Shown here: positions 1 to 7,272 of the stretch, piece after piece
Layout: every line of letters starts with the position of its first letter
How positions within the stretch are numbered: the stretch's first letter is position 1
Program-made: the position numbers and the translations under genes
Notes under the pieces: generated by a model
What the model saw: only the letters and a program-made list of their open reading frames with translations
Database searches by the model: none
What the model was told of the DNA's origin: nothing
Virus genome (UHGV): UHGV-0119633
DNA length: 28,006 nucleotides
Source of the DNA: a virus
Reading direction: 5' to 3' (one strand)

Positions 1-143
1 GATAATGTTACAGTTTTATAACCTTTGCTGTCAGTTCCTTGTTTTAGAATTCTTCTAGTATCGATATTCCTAACCTTGCCAGTATTACTAACTTCATATT
101 GCGAACCAAAATCATGCACCGCCTCCCATTCTTCAACTTTCAT
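1..143 (-). CDS. HNH/NUMOD4-type homing endonuclease, N-terminal fragment (runs off window start)
   Basis: ATG at 141-143 on minus strand; translation MKVEEWEAVHDFGSQYEVSNTGKVRNIDTRRILKQGTDSKGYKTVTL matches the W..I.G...YEVSN.G.VR N-terminal signature of phage HNH endonucleases; truncated by window edge. Confidence 0.55.
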   Translation of the reverse strand, partial: MKVEEWEAVHDFGSQYEVSNTGKVRNIDTRRILKQGTDSKGYKTVTL

Positions 144-182
144 ATAGCCGTTCTCTTCTAACCATTGACAATAATCATAAAA

Positions 183-266
183 TCATCCTTCTTTCTTATA
201 CTCTTTCCATTGCTCCAATGGACTCTTTTCTTCGAAATCATCAAACTCGTCGTACTCGTCATACAT
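183..266 (-). CDS. small acidic ORF (27 aa, MYDEYDEFDDFEEKSPLEQWKEYKKEG)
   Basis: ATG 264-266 preceded by AAAGGAGAA RBS at 7 nt; very short, not in ORF track. Confidence 0.2.
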   Translation of the reverse strand: MYDEYDEFDDFEEKSPLEQWKEYKKEG

Positions 267-345
267 AAACGCATTCTCCTTTCTAAATTTGTTTTAATAT
301 AAGTTCGAAAACAAAAGAAGAGGTTGAAAATATCAATCTCATCTT

Positions 346-379
346 TCTTTCTATAATAGGGCGTGTAATTTTCGCGAGC
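346..379 (-). promoter_or_regulatory. conserved intergenic motif, copy C (candidate phage promoter)
   Basis: Minus-strand CTCGCGAAAATTACACGCCCTATTATAGAAAG; lies between terminator and next RBS. Confidence 0.35.
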
Positions 380-405
380 CGACTTATCTTATATCAAGAT
401 TCGTA

Positions 406-444
406 GACAAAAAGAAGAGGCCGGGAATCAATCCCGAAACCTCC
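406..444 (-). terminator. rho-independent terminator
   Basis: Minus RNA: GAGG..CGGGA-UUGAU-UCCCG..CCUC hairpin followed by UUCUUUUUGU; just after stop of 453-836. Confidence 0.5.
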
Positions 445-452
445 TCATTCTG

Positions 453-836
453 TTAAACTTCTTCGTTTACTCCGATAGATACTACTCCTCCGATCAACTG
501 ATCTGGCTTCCAATCGTAAGCATCACATAATTCTTTTCCAAAGTTACCGAGTTCTGATAATGGAACTCCGTCTGTCCAAATATCAAACCATTTATCTGGA
601 TTGTGACTCGATACTTCTGTTACCCCTTTCTGTAATAAAGTTTCTGGTACTTCCAGTTTCTTTAGTTTTGGATCAGGAATACTCGGAAGTTTATCCCAGT
701 CAAAATCCTCAAATTTAGGTTTCTTTTTGGTTACAACGAATATAACTCCACCAGCTATCACTAGCCCGGTTCCAATAAGAATTTCCTTCTTGTGTTCCTT
801 TACAAATATTTTTGCTTTCTCAAGTTTTTCTTTCAT
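453..836 (-). CDS. membrane-anchored protein (N-terminal TM helix), paralog family KEK..KAK..KEHK
   Basis: ORF track 127 aa; RBS AAAGGAGAA 7 nt upstream of ATG; hydrophobic segment ILIGTGLVIAGGVIFVV; N-terminus similar to ORF 15181-15537. Confidence 0.6.
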   Translation of the reverse strand: MKEKLEKAKIFVKEHKKEILIGTGLVIAGGVIFVVTKKKPKFEDFDWDKLPSIPDPKLKKLEVPETLLQKGVTEVSSHNPDKWFDIWTDGVPLSELGNFGKELCDAYDWKPDQLIGGVVSIGVNEEV

Positions 837-873
837 AGTTTTGTTCTCCTTTCGACTTAAACAATTTTGTTTA

Positions 874-903
874 TTTGCATAATAGGAGTTGTTTATTTAG
901 CGT
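874..903 (-). promoter_or_regulatory. conserved intergenic motif, copy A (variant CGCT)
   Basis: Minus-strand ACGCTAAATAAACAACTCCTATTATGCAAA; immediately after terminator 904-938 and before RBS of 453-836. Confidence 0.3.
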
Positions 904-938
904 AAAAAAAAGGAAAGCCCAAGTCGTTTTGACCTGGG
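904..938 (-). terminator. rho-independent terminator
   Basis: Minus RNA: CCCAGGUC-AAAAC-GACUUGGG (8 bp, one G-U) then CUUUCCUUUUUUUU; after stop of 960-1457. Confidence 0.65.
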
Positions 939-959
939 TCTTTGCCTTTAGATAATAGT

Positions 960-1457
960 TTAAATGATATCTTTATGTTCACCTTTAAACCATAAAGAAC
1001 CATCCTCGAAACCTTCAATCAGTACACAAGTTCCGACAATATCGGTTTCGTGCTTATTATGTTCCACAACCAAACGATTACCTACTGTTTTCCATGACGA
1101 TAAAGCTCGTTCGTATTTTACTTTTGTATTATACGCAGACACATATCTCTTTTCGTAACCGTCCAATCTCTGTTTTAATTTCTTTACCTCATCACCATCC
1201 GGTTTCTCTTTTTCAGTTTGCTCTTTCAATCTGTCAAGAGTTTCCGTGATATTGTAAGGTAATTCCTTCAATCTGTTCTTGGAAGTACTCAAGTTTTTTG
1301 CTGCTTGCTTATGTAAATAATTCTCAAGCTTATCGATCTTGTCGATAATGTTCTTTGCGGTATCAATCACGATCCAATTAGAACCAAGTTTTGTACCTAA
1401 ATAAATAATTTCGTTTTCTTCCTGTTTCTTTAAAAAGTTGATAAATGTTGTTTTCAT
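960..1457 (-). CDS. hypothetical protein (165 aa)
   Basis: ORF track; RBS AAAGGGG upstream; followed by strong terminator. Confidence 0.6.
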   Translation of the reverse strand: MKTTFINFLKKQEENEIIYLGTKLGSNWIVIDTAKNIIDKIDKLENYLHKQAAKNLSTSKNRLKELPYNITETLDRLKEQTEKEKPDGDEVKKLKQRLDGYEKRYVSAYNTKVKYERALSSWKTVGNRLVVEHNKHETDIVGTCVLIEGFEDGSLWFKGEHKDII

Positions 1458-1486
1458 AAATATACCCCTTTCTTTAAATAAACTAT

Positions 1487-1518
1487 TTTTCTATAAAGGG
1501 AGATGTTTATTTAGCGAG
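1487..1518 (-). promoter_or_regulatory. conserved intergenic motif, copy B
   Basis: Minus-strand CTCGCTAAATAAACATCTCCCTTTATAGAAAA; ~30 nt upstream of start of 960-1457. Confidence 0.3.
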
Positions 1519-1944
1519 TTAATCCATGTTCACTAATTCGTGAATTGAACATTTCAATGCTCTCGCCATTTTTATCAGATTACGAGAATTCGGAGTGGCT
1601 AGACCGTTTGTGTATTTACTTATCGTAACCTGAGTGACACCTATCTTTTCAGCTAATCGATCTTGTGTCATAGCTACGTTTCTCATTTTCCGATTTAGAT
1701 TACGAGCAAATATCTTTCTCCATTCTTCTTCTGAAATGTCAATTGAATCTTCGTTGCCTGGATCATGAATCAGATAGGCTTGTCTATTAAGAAAATCATA
1801 AGCATACTTTTTACCGCCTTTGATCTTTACCGTGATCTCTAATTGTGCACTAGGATACCAATCTAACATTTCTTCCGCTAGATTAGGATAATCCTGACAA
1901 AATGCTTCATATACGGGTTTCCAATATTTTTTACCGTCATTCAT
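1519..1944 (-). CDS. XRE-family helix-turn-helix DNA-binding protein
   Basis: C-terminal RNVAMTQDRLAEKIGVTQVTISKYTNG...LIKMARALKCSIHEL is a classic Cro/C1-type HTH; start moved to internal ATG (1942-1944, MNDGKK) which has GGAGGGA RBS at 6 nt; track ORF extends to 1959. Confidence 0.7.
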   Translation of the reverse strand: MNDGKKYWKPVYEAFCQDYPNLAEEMLDWYPSAQLEITVKIKGGKKYAYDFLNRQAYLIHDPGNEDSIDISEEEWRKIFARNLNRKMRNVAMTQDRLAEKIGVTQVTISKYTNGLATPNSRNLIKMARALKCSIHELVNMD

Positions 1945-2060
1945 CTTAAGTCCCTCCATTTCTTAAAGATTGAATTATGTGCAGACCGAAATTCATTTTT
2001 ACCGTTTTTAGGGCCAAAATGACCGAAAATAGCCAATTTAGCCCCATTTTTGACGAAAAG

Positions 2061-2112
2061 TGCCGAATTATTAGCAGACCAAAAATAATTATTAGCAGAC
2101 CAAAATTCGGCA
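2061..2112. repeat. operator-like element: tandem 21-bp direct repeats flanked by 9-bp inverted repeat
   Basis: AATTATTAGCAGACCAAAA at 2066-2084 and 2087-2105 (period 21) bracketed by TGCCGAATT / AATTCGGCA; related GCAGACCGAAA and TGACCGAAAA copies at 1982-2035. Confidence 0.5.
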
Positions 2113-2116
2113 TATC

Positions 2117-2401
2117 TTACACATAATCGTCCTCATCTATGTCGTCTTCATACTCAAATTCATCATTATAATCGTCACTACCAGATCCATATAACTCTTT
2201 TAAAGCTTCTTGACGTTTGTTAATACTATCGATAGATGCTTTATATGTACTGATTCTGATAAACTCCGACATAGACATTCCGCTAAGTCTAGCTGCCCTC
2301 TCTATAGACGAATACTCCTCGTCATTGCATTTAGAGAAAATAGGTTTTCTTCTCGCTCCAAACTTCAACGGCCTCCCACGTTTCTTTTTAACTTCTTCCA
2401 T
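2117..2401 (-). CDS. small basic/AT-hook (KKRGRP) protein with RHH-like core and acidic tail
   Basis: ORF track 94 aa; RBS GAGGAGGA; motif GMSMSEFIRIS resembles ribbon-helix-helix family; paralogous to 3643-3813 and 6290-6493. Confidence 0.55.
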   Translation of the reverse strand: MEEVKKKRGRPLKFGARRKPIFSKCNDEEYSSIERAARLSGMSMSEFIRISTYKASIDSINKRQEALKELYGSGSDDYNDEFEYEDDIDEDDYV

Positions 2402-2407
2402 AAAATA

Positions 2408-2569
2408 TCAATCCTCCTCGCGAGCACTAGACGAACCATAACGATCTAATTCAATATCTACACCCTGCAAATTATCATAATTATGTATGGTAAGATCTGT
2501 CGATACCGTACCACCAAGCAATAAATCACCGATATCCTCAATACTAAGTTTTACAATAATTCTACTCAT
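2408..2569 (-). CDS. hypothetical small protein (53 aa, MSRIIVKLSIEDIGDLLGG...)
   Basis: Hand-translated; ATG 2567-2569 preceded by AAGGAGGA; stop TGA lies inside RBS of next gene. Confidence 0.4.
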   Translation of the reverse strand: MSRIIVKLSIEDIGDLLLGGTVSTDLTIHNYDNLQGVDIELDRYGSSSAREED

Positions 2570-2584
2570 AAATATCAATCCTCC

Positions 2585-2959
2585 TTACCACTCATCAAAC
2601 TCATGATAATCTTCGTCCTTGCAGCCACCCTTAGCCCACAACAACACCTGTATCAGACGGTCAATATCATACTCTTCAAATATCAAGAATTGTTTGTAAC
2701 CAAGGTAGTCATTAGTATCGCCATCATAAATCTCAAATGTCGCCTTAACAGATTCCTCATCGAACACGCTATCCAGATTCCACGGTTCCAACGGCATAAC
2801 CCCATTAAAAACCCAATCGAAAATATAAAACATAGGATTTAATTCTCTACCATGATCGACCTTAATCGCTAATCTCTCTTCCAAAACACACGGAGTATAC
2901 GGAGCAAATATAGTACCAGCTGGCATACGATTAAATGTTTTAAAATCTACTATCTTCAT
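2585..2959 (-). CDS. hypothetical protein (124 aa)
   Basis: ORF track; RBS AAGGAGGAA upstream. Confidence 0.6.
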   Translation of the reverse strand: MKIVDFKTFNRMPAGTIFAPYTPCVLEERLAIKVDHGRELNPMFYIFDWVFNGVMPLEPWNLDSVFDEESVKATFEIYDGDTNDYLGYKQFLIFEEYDIDRLIQVLLWAKGGCKDEDYHEFDEW

Positions 2960-2962
2960 AAT

Positions 2963-3346
2963 TTATTCCTCCTTATCTTTTTCACACCACATTCCAACAA
3001 GATCACTATACACTTCTAGCATTTTTACATCTGGTTTATCGTGGGTTTTATTATATTCATCAAAATATTCATTGAATGCACAAATACACTTCCAAATATA
3101 CATTTGTTTAGAATCATTTGTTTCATCCATTTCAGGTCTTTTTGCTTCCTCCTTGACATTCACTTTAGCCCAAGCGAAATAATGCTCCATATGCTCTCCA
3201 GGACCAAAGCCAACACAACGCGTGCTAACTGATAACGTAACATCATCGGGTTTTACTTTGTAACCGTTTCGACAACAATAGTCTGCTATAATCTCACAGA
3301 CATCATCTTCTGATAAATTAATAGTAATGTTCTTATTAATATTCAT
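2963..3346 (-). CDS. hypothetical protein (127 aa)
   Basis: ORF track; RBS AAGGAGGA overlapping stop of upstream gene. Confidence 0.6.
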   Translation of the reverse strand: MNINKNITINLSEDDVCEIIADYCCRNGYKVKPDDVTLSVSTRCVGFGPGEHMEHYFAWAKVNVKEEAKRPEMDETNDSKQMYIWKCICAFNEYFDEYNKTHDKPDVKMLEVYSDLVGMWCEKDKEE

Positions 3347-3360
3347 AACTCTAATCCTCC

Positions 3361-3621
3361 TTATCTCACATCAACGTTGCATCCAAAATTAATCAGATAA
3401 TCGGTAGTACAACCCAACACATGAGACATTCTAGCGATAACATCTATTCTAGGGGTACGTTTACATCTCATATAATTAGACATAGCCGACTCAGATATAC
3501 CGATTAATTTAGCCAATTCTTTTTGATTAATGCCGCATAAGTCCATACGGTAATTAAGCTTTTCAACGAAGCGTTTTCGCCATTCAATTTCACTAATAGA
3601 TTTTATAGGAGTCATTTCCAT
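3361..3621 (-). CDS. XRE-family helix-turn-helix DNA-binding protein
   Basis: INQKELAKLIGISESAMSNYMRCKRTPRIDVIARMSHVLGCTTDYL = Cro/C1-type HTH; RBS AAGGAGGA. Confidence 0.7.
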   Translation of the reverse strand: MEMTPIKSISEIEWRKRFVEKLNYRMDLCGINQKELAKLIGISESAMSNYMRCKRTPRIDVIARMSHVLGCTTDYLINFGCNVDVR

Positions 3622-3642
3622 AAAAATATCAATCCTCCTTAC

Positions 3643-3813
3643 TTACTTCTCTTCTTGGTACATTCTCTCTAAAGCAGTTCTAAATACATCAGCAGCACTC
3701 ATACCTGTTGACTTACGAACCTTCTCTAAAATATCTAATTCTTTCCTATTAACACGAACTAGATATCTTGTATCTCTAGGATCTGCTATCGGTTTTCTAC
3801 CTCTCTTCGCCAT
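3643..3813 (-). CDS. small basic/AT-hook RHH-like protein (56 aa, MAKRGRKPIADPRDTRYLVRVNRKELDILEKVRKSTGMSAADVFRTALERMYQEEK)
   Basis: Hand-translated; below ORF-track size cutoff; RBS AAGGGAGG 8 nt upstream; clear paralog of 6290-6493 (RGRP..DPR..Y..R.N..E...LE...K.TGM..ADVFR.ALE..Y). Confidence 0.55.
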   Translation of the reverse strand: MAKRGRKPIADPRDTRYLVRVNRKELDILEKVRKSTGMSAADVFRTALERMYQEEK

Positions 3814-3910
3814 ACATATCGCCTCCCTTCTATGACAGATACCATTAATACGAAAAACAAAAGAAGAGCCTCAACTAAATATCAATCTAGTCAAAGCTCT
3901 CCCACATCAA

Positions 3911-3982
3911 TTAATCTTTAAGATAACCAACTTTATATAAGAATCTTCCTACAACTGCCCAAAACTTCTGTCTGAGTGTCAT
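3911..3982 (-). CDS. possible 23-aa peptide (MTLRQKFWAVVGRFLYKVGYLKD)
   Basis: Strong RBS AAAGGAGGGA 6 nt upstream of ATG, ~30 nt downstream of promoter-like motif D; very short. Confidence 0.2.
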   Translation of the reverse strand: MTLRQKFWAVVGRFLYKVGYLKD

Positions 3983-4007
3983 ATAGATCCCTCCTTTCTA
4001 TTTGGTT

Positions 4008-4040
4008 TCTTTTCATAATAGGCGTTGTTAATATCACGAA
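4008..4040 (-). promoter_or_regulatory. conserved intergenic motif, copy D
   Basis: Minus-strand TTCGTGATATTAACAACGCCTATTATGAAAAG. Confidence 0.3.
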
Positions 4041-4063
4041 AGAAAAAGAGAGAAGAAGTATAT

Positions 4064-4205
4064 CTCAGCTACACGTTTCTCTGCATCCATTTAAAGACAC
4101 ATTCACTGGTCAGTTCCAGTCCCACTAATATACTTTGATGCTACACGTTTCTCCATACATAAGTATGTTCACTGGTCAGTTCCAGTCCCACATCAACTTT
4201 TATTC
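4064..4205. repeat. tandem ~70-bp direct repeat (2 copies) with internal hairpin
   Basis: Both copies share CTACACGTTTCTC and TTCACTGGTCAGTTCCAGTCCCAC (ACTGG/CCAGT stem); located between promoter-like motifs E and D. Confidence 0.55.
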
Positions 4206-4238
4206 TTCTCTCATAATATAAAATGTATTTTTCGCGAA
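4206..4238 (-). promoter_or_regulatory. conserved intergenic motif, copy E
   Basis: Minus-strand TTCGCGAAAAATACATTTTATATTATGAGAGA; directly after terminator 4237-4264. Confidence 0.35.
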
Positions 4239-4264
4239 TAAAAAGAAGAGGCTGTAAAAGCCCC
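4237..4264 (-). terminator. rho-independent terminator (short stem)
   Basis: GGGGC-UUUUACA-GCCUC then UUCUUUUUAUU on minus RNA; after stop of 4274-4657. Confidence 0.4.
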
Positions 4265-4273
4265 TTACTTGTT

Positions 4274-4657
4274 TTACTTAATTTTAATTGAGTCGTATTC
4301 CTCCTTAAATTTATTAAGCTTTTCCGTAAGTTCTTTTAACTCCTCTTCATATCTTTGTTTTACTATTAATGACACTTCGGAATTGTGTTTGTCACATCCT
4401 TCGATTTTAGAGACTCGATAAGCTATCTTTCTGTTCAGTGTTCCTATAGCTTCTTCAAGAGCACCTTCTTTTACCACATCTCTCACGAACTCTATAGTTT
4501 CAGTGTTATTCTTTATCTGTATATGATTCTTACATATAAAGAACGTTACCAATCCTATAGAAACACATGAGACACCGGCAATTATTTTGCCATTGTTGTC
4601 CATAACCACTTCTTTGAAAGACCTCTTTCCTTTCTCTTTAACATCGTGCTTCTTCAT
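4274..4657 (-). CDS. membrane-anchored coiled-coil protein (127 aa)
   Basis: ORF track; RBS AAGGAGG; hydrophobic segment IIAGVSCVSIGLVTFFI; followed by terminator. Confidence 0.6.
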   Translation of the reverse strand: MKKHDVKEKGKRSFKEVVMDNNGKIIAGVSCVSIGLVTFFICKNHIQIKNNTETIEFVRDVVKEGALEEAIGTLNRKIAYRVSKIEGCDKHNSEVSLIVKQRYEEELKELTEKLNKFKEEYDSIKIK

Positions 4658-4684
4658 ATCAAATACCTCCTTTAGAAATTAATA

Positions 4685-4717
4685 GTTTTTCATAAAGGGG
4701 TATGTAATTTACGCGAT
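4685..4717 (-). promoter_or_regulatory. conserved intergenic motif, copy F
   Basis: Minus-strand ATCGCGTAAATTACATACCCCTTTATGAAAAA; ~35 nt upstream of start of 4274-4657. Confidence 0.35.
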
Positions 4718-4734
4718 CACAAAAACCTCAAATA

Positions 4735-4995
4735 TCAATCCTCACTCTCTTTTTCTTCAAACATATCTGGTCTAGCGTATAAAGCTGCTTCAACCTCTTC
4801 TTCAGTCATTAGTGGTTTAATAGAACATCTGTCAAAATCCTGGTCATTAAATCTTACAACCATACCTTTTATCCCTTCATTCTGAGCGTGGATTGCTACA
4901 AGATCCATACAGGTTCTGAAAGTCCTCTTATCCACCGACAATCCAGCTTTTACTTCTACGTTAACTTCTCCGATAATATTCTTTTTACTTTCCAT
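4735..4995 (-). CDS. hypothetical protein (86 aa)
   Basis: ORF track; RBS AAGGAGGATTGAATT-ATG. Confidence 0.6.
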   Translation of the reverse strand: MESKKNIIGEVNVEVKAGLSVDKRTFRTCMDLVAIHAQNEGIKGMVVRFNDQDFDRCSIKPLMTEEEVEAALYARPDMFEEKESED

Positions 4996-4998
4996 AAT

Positions 4999-5289
4999 TC
5001 AATCCTCCTTCGTTTTATCTGCCATATCTCGAATAAGCACAATCTCATTGATATCATCCTCAATACGACGATAAATGCTATCAAATTTTTCCTGATAACG
5101 ATACATGTCTTGCAAATAGAAACTATGTATACGACTGTCTCGCTTACCGAAATTGACGATAACAGTTATGTATAAACCATCAAATTGGATATTAATTGGT
5201 ATATCATTCGCGCACCCAAGATCTCGTAACATCATTAATGCGGTAGTTACGTTAGTTATCATGTTGGTTTCATCGTTATAAAACTTCAT
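4999..5289 (-). CDS. hypothetical protein (96 aa)
   Basis: ORF track; stereotyped junction GGAGGATTGATATTTT-ATG. Confidence 0.6.
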   Translation of the reverse strand: MKFYNDETNMITNVTTALMMLRDLGCANDIPINIQFDGLYITVIVNFGKRDSRIHSFYLQDMYRYQEKFDSIYRRIEDDINEIVLIRDMADKTKED

Positions 5290-5295
5290 AAAATA

Positions 5296-5538
5296 TCAAT
5301 CCTCCAATGGCTTACCAGAACAATCCACCTCGATCATCTCTGGATTAGTATGTAACGTTTTCCCAAACTCCATTAATTCGGTAAGTAATTTGTTAAACTT
5401 AATAATAAATTCTTTAAGTGCCTCCTCACGAGTTTCGCCATACCCTTCGATAGTATAAATAGTATAGTCATCAAAATCTGCGCTTACGGTATGAGACTGC
5501 CACCTACCTTTTCCATCGTCATTATGTGTTAACTTCAT
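5296..5538 (-). CDS. hypothetical protein (80 aa)
   Basis: Start set to ATG 5536-5538 (MKLTHND) which carries GGAGGATTGAGTTT spacing; track ORF extends to 5556. Confidence 0.55.
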   Translation of the reverse strand: MKLTHNDDGKGRWQSHTVSADFDDYTIYTIEGYGETREEALKEFIIKFNKLLTELMEFGKTLHTNPEMIEVDCSGKPLED

Positions 5539-5552
5539 AAACTCAATCCTCC

Positions 5553-5834
5553 TCACAACATTTCATCAGCTAATTCCAAACAAATCTCTCTGGCCTGATC
5601 CCAAATATCAATCTCAAATGACACTCTCTTATATTCTTCCGAAAGAGATGTGTATCGGTCACTAAGCTCCATGTATTCACGGTAGCTTAATGATTCTTCA
5701 CCATCTTTTAGTTTTCTATCAATCTCAATCATCTCTCTCGATACAGCACATTTCTTTTTAATACACTCTACGTACTTATCGCTCATGGCCTGCCTTACTG
5801 CGGTGTTGTATTTGGTGATACTTTCTTTACTCAT
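5553..5834 (-). CDS. hypothetical protein (93 aa)
   Basis: ORF track; junction GGAGGATTGATATTTT-ATG. Confidence 0.6.
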   Translation of the reverse strand: MSKESITKYNTAVRQAMSDKYVECIKKKCAVSREMIEIDRKLKDGEESLSYREYMELSDRYTSLSEEYKRVSFEIDIWDQAREICLELADEML

Positions 5835-5840
5835 AAAATA

Positions 5841-6098
5841 TCAATCCTCCTTCTTGATGACGTCTATGCTAGCCTGAGCTAAAACAAAACCATCCATGTA
5901 ATCAGTATCGATATCAACTGTAATTTGTTGTTTCAACTGATCGGTAAATAACCCTGCGATATCTTCTGAAATACTGTCGGCCGGTGTGTCTGATCTGTAA
6001 ATTTTATTAACACGATACTTTATAATATCTTTTGTTGGTTCTTTAAGTCTTTTTAACTCTCTTTTTAACTTTTTATTCTTGATTTTAAGATTACTCAT
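5841..6098 (-). CDS. hypothetical protein (85 aa)
   Basis: ORF track; RBS GGAGGAATGATGTTTTT-ATG. Confidence 0.6.
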   Translation of the reverse strand: MSNLKIKNKKLKRELKRLKEPTKDIIKYRVNKIYRSDTPADSISEDIAGLFTDQLKQQITVDIDTDYMDGFVLAQASIDVIKKED

Positions 6099-6105
6099 AA
6101 AAACA

Positions 6106-6306
6106 TCATTCCTCCTTACTTCTTCTAACTTCCATTTCTAACCCAGATTGTATCCAACATCTTCTACATTTACTCTCATCATAGCCAGTAACACCACAGT
6201 TACAGCGCTCAGATGATTGTAAATCATAATCGTATGGACAATTAAACTCGACTAATAAATCGAGCATCGTTTCTTTCTGATTTTCATTATCAAATATCAT
6301 TTTCAT
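6106..6306 (-). CDS. small Cys-rich protein (66 aa)
   Basis: ORF track; RBS GAGGTG; CPYDYD...CNCG...CRRC cysteine pattern. Confidence 0.5.
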   Translation of the reverse strand: MKMIFDNENQKETMLDLLVEFNCPYDYDLQSSERCNCGVTGYDESKCRRCWIQSGLEMEVRRSKEE

Positions 6307-6493
6307 CGTTTAACACACCTCGCTCCGATTCCTTCTCATATAACTTCTCCAAAGCCACTCTAAAAACATCGGCCTGTCCCATACCAGTCATCTTGCAGCA
6401 ATCCTCTAGCATTTTATTTTCTTTATCATTTATACGTATCATGTAATGTTTCTTCCTCGGGTCTTTACTATAAGGTCTCCCTCGTCTGCCCAT
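6290..6493 (-). CDS. small basic/AT-hook RHH-like protein (paralog of 3643-3813)
   Basis: ORF track 67 aa; RBS GGAGGTGA 6 nt upstream; MGRRGRPYSKDPRKKHYMIRIN...TGMGQADVFRVALEKLY. Confidence 0.55.
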   Translation of the reverse strand: MGRRGRPYSKDPRKKHYMIRINDKENKMLEDCCKMTGMGQADVFRVALEKLYEKESERGVLNDENDI

Positions 6494-6532
6494 CGGTAAT
6501 CACCTCCAATCAAATATGCTTAACTTTAAATG

Positions 6533-6564
6533 CAAAAAGAGAAGACCCACATCCGAGCCTTCTC
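6533..6564 (-). terminator. possible terminator (long loop)
   Basis: GAGAAG/CUUCUC stem with 14-nt loop, then UUUUUG; after stop of 6573-6782. Confidence 0.3.
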
Positions 6565-6572
6565 CCATCAAT

Positions 6573-6782
6573 TTAACTATTATGTATTTTACCAGCGATA
6601 GCGTGTAGCAGATCCCTCTCATACTGTGTACGAAGCAGCACGATTTTCTCGATAGCTAAATCACGAACTGCCTTTCTAGTACCAGGACTTTCAACCAAAG
6701 ATTCGATAAATAAATCGTCTAAAATCTCTTCAAGGCCTTTCTTGAAATTCTCATTTCTTTCGGTAACACTGTAATCACTCAT
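6573..6782 (-). CDS. hypothetical protein (69 aa)
   Basis: ORF track; no good SD at normal spacing, so lower confidence. Confidence 0.45.
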   Translation of the reverse strand: MSDYSVTERNENFKKGLEEILDDLFIESLVESPGTRKAVRDLAIEKIVLLRTQYERDLLHAIAGKIHNS

Positions 6783-6837
6783 TTTATTATACTAACCTCT
6801 TTTCTTGTAACCTACATACGGCTTAATATATGATGCA

Positions 6838-7173
6838 TCAAATATCGCCTTCTTTTCTATGCTGACTCTTCTCACTGTCAAACCCATCAGGATACCTCTC
6901 CATAAGTTTGCATAAGTTAGTCTCCATAATAGTCTGAAGATCATAACCGATAGCTTTAGCACTGATTGCCAAATACCAAGCAACATCTCCAAGCTCTTTT
7001 GCGATATGCTTTCTATCGAGTTCATGACCCTGAAACAAATGCTTCTTGAGAATATCGATACACTCTCCGGCCTCTCCATTAAGACCCATAAGACCATTTT
7101 GAAGCTGCTCCATGTCTGTTAACTCCTGGTTTGCTGATCTCCATGCTCCATCCTGATATGCGTTAATTTCCAT
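6838..7173 (-). CDS. mazG: MazG-like nucleoside triphosphate pyrophosphohydrolase
   Basis: NGEAGECIDILKKHLF...ELGDVAWYLAISAKAIGYDLQTIMETNLCKLMERYP matches the dimeric MazG-like fold signature; RBS AAAGGAGAAAG; overlapping 6792-7097 frame rejected. Confidence 0.75.
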   Translation of the reverse strand: MEINAYQDGAWRSANQELTDMEQLQNGLMGLNGEAGECIDILKKHLFQGHELDRKHIAKELGDVAWYLAISAKAIGYDLQTIMETNLCKLMERYPDGFDSEKSQHRKEGDI

Positions 7174-7218
7174 TTCTTTCTTTCTCCTTTTCTTATGCTA
7201 TAATTATTTCGGATAAAT

Positions 7219-7260
7219 AGACAAAACCCCTAGAAACGCCGTATAAAGCGTCACAGGGGC
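7219..7260 (-). terminator. rho-independent terminator after nrdG
   Basis: GCCCCU...AGGGG stem with inner GACGC/GCGU pairing, followed by UUUUGU on minus RNA. Confidence 0.5.
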
Positions 7261-7272
7261 ATTCTTAGAGGG

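Noticed and set aside
6792-7097. Minus-strand ORF 6792-7097 overlapping the MazG-like gene
   Set aside because: Alternative frame of the same region; the MazG frame has the recognisable motifs and an RBS.
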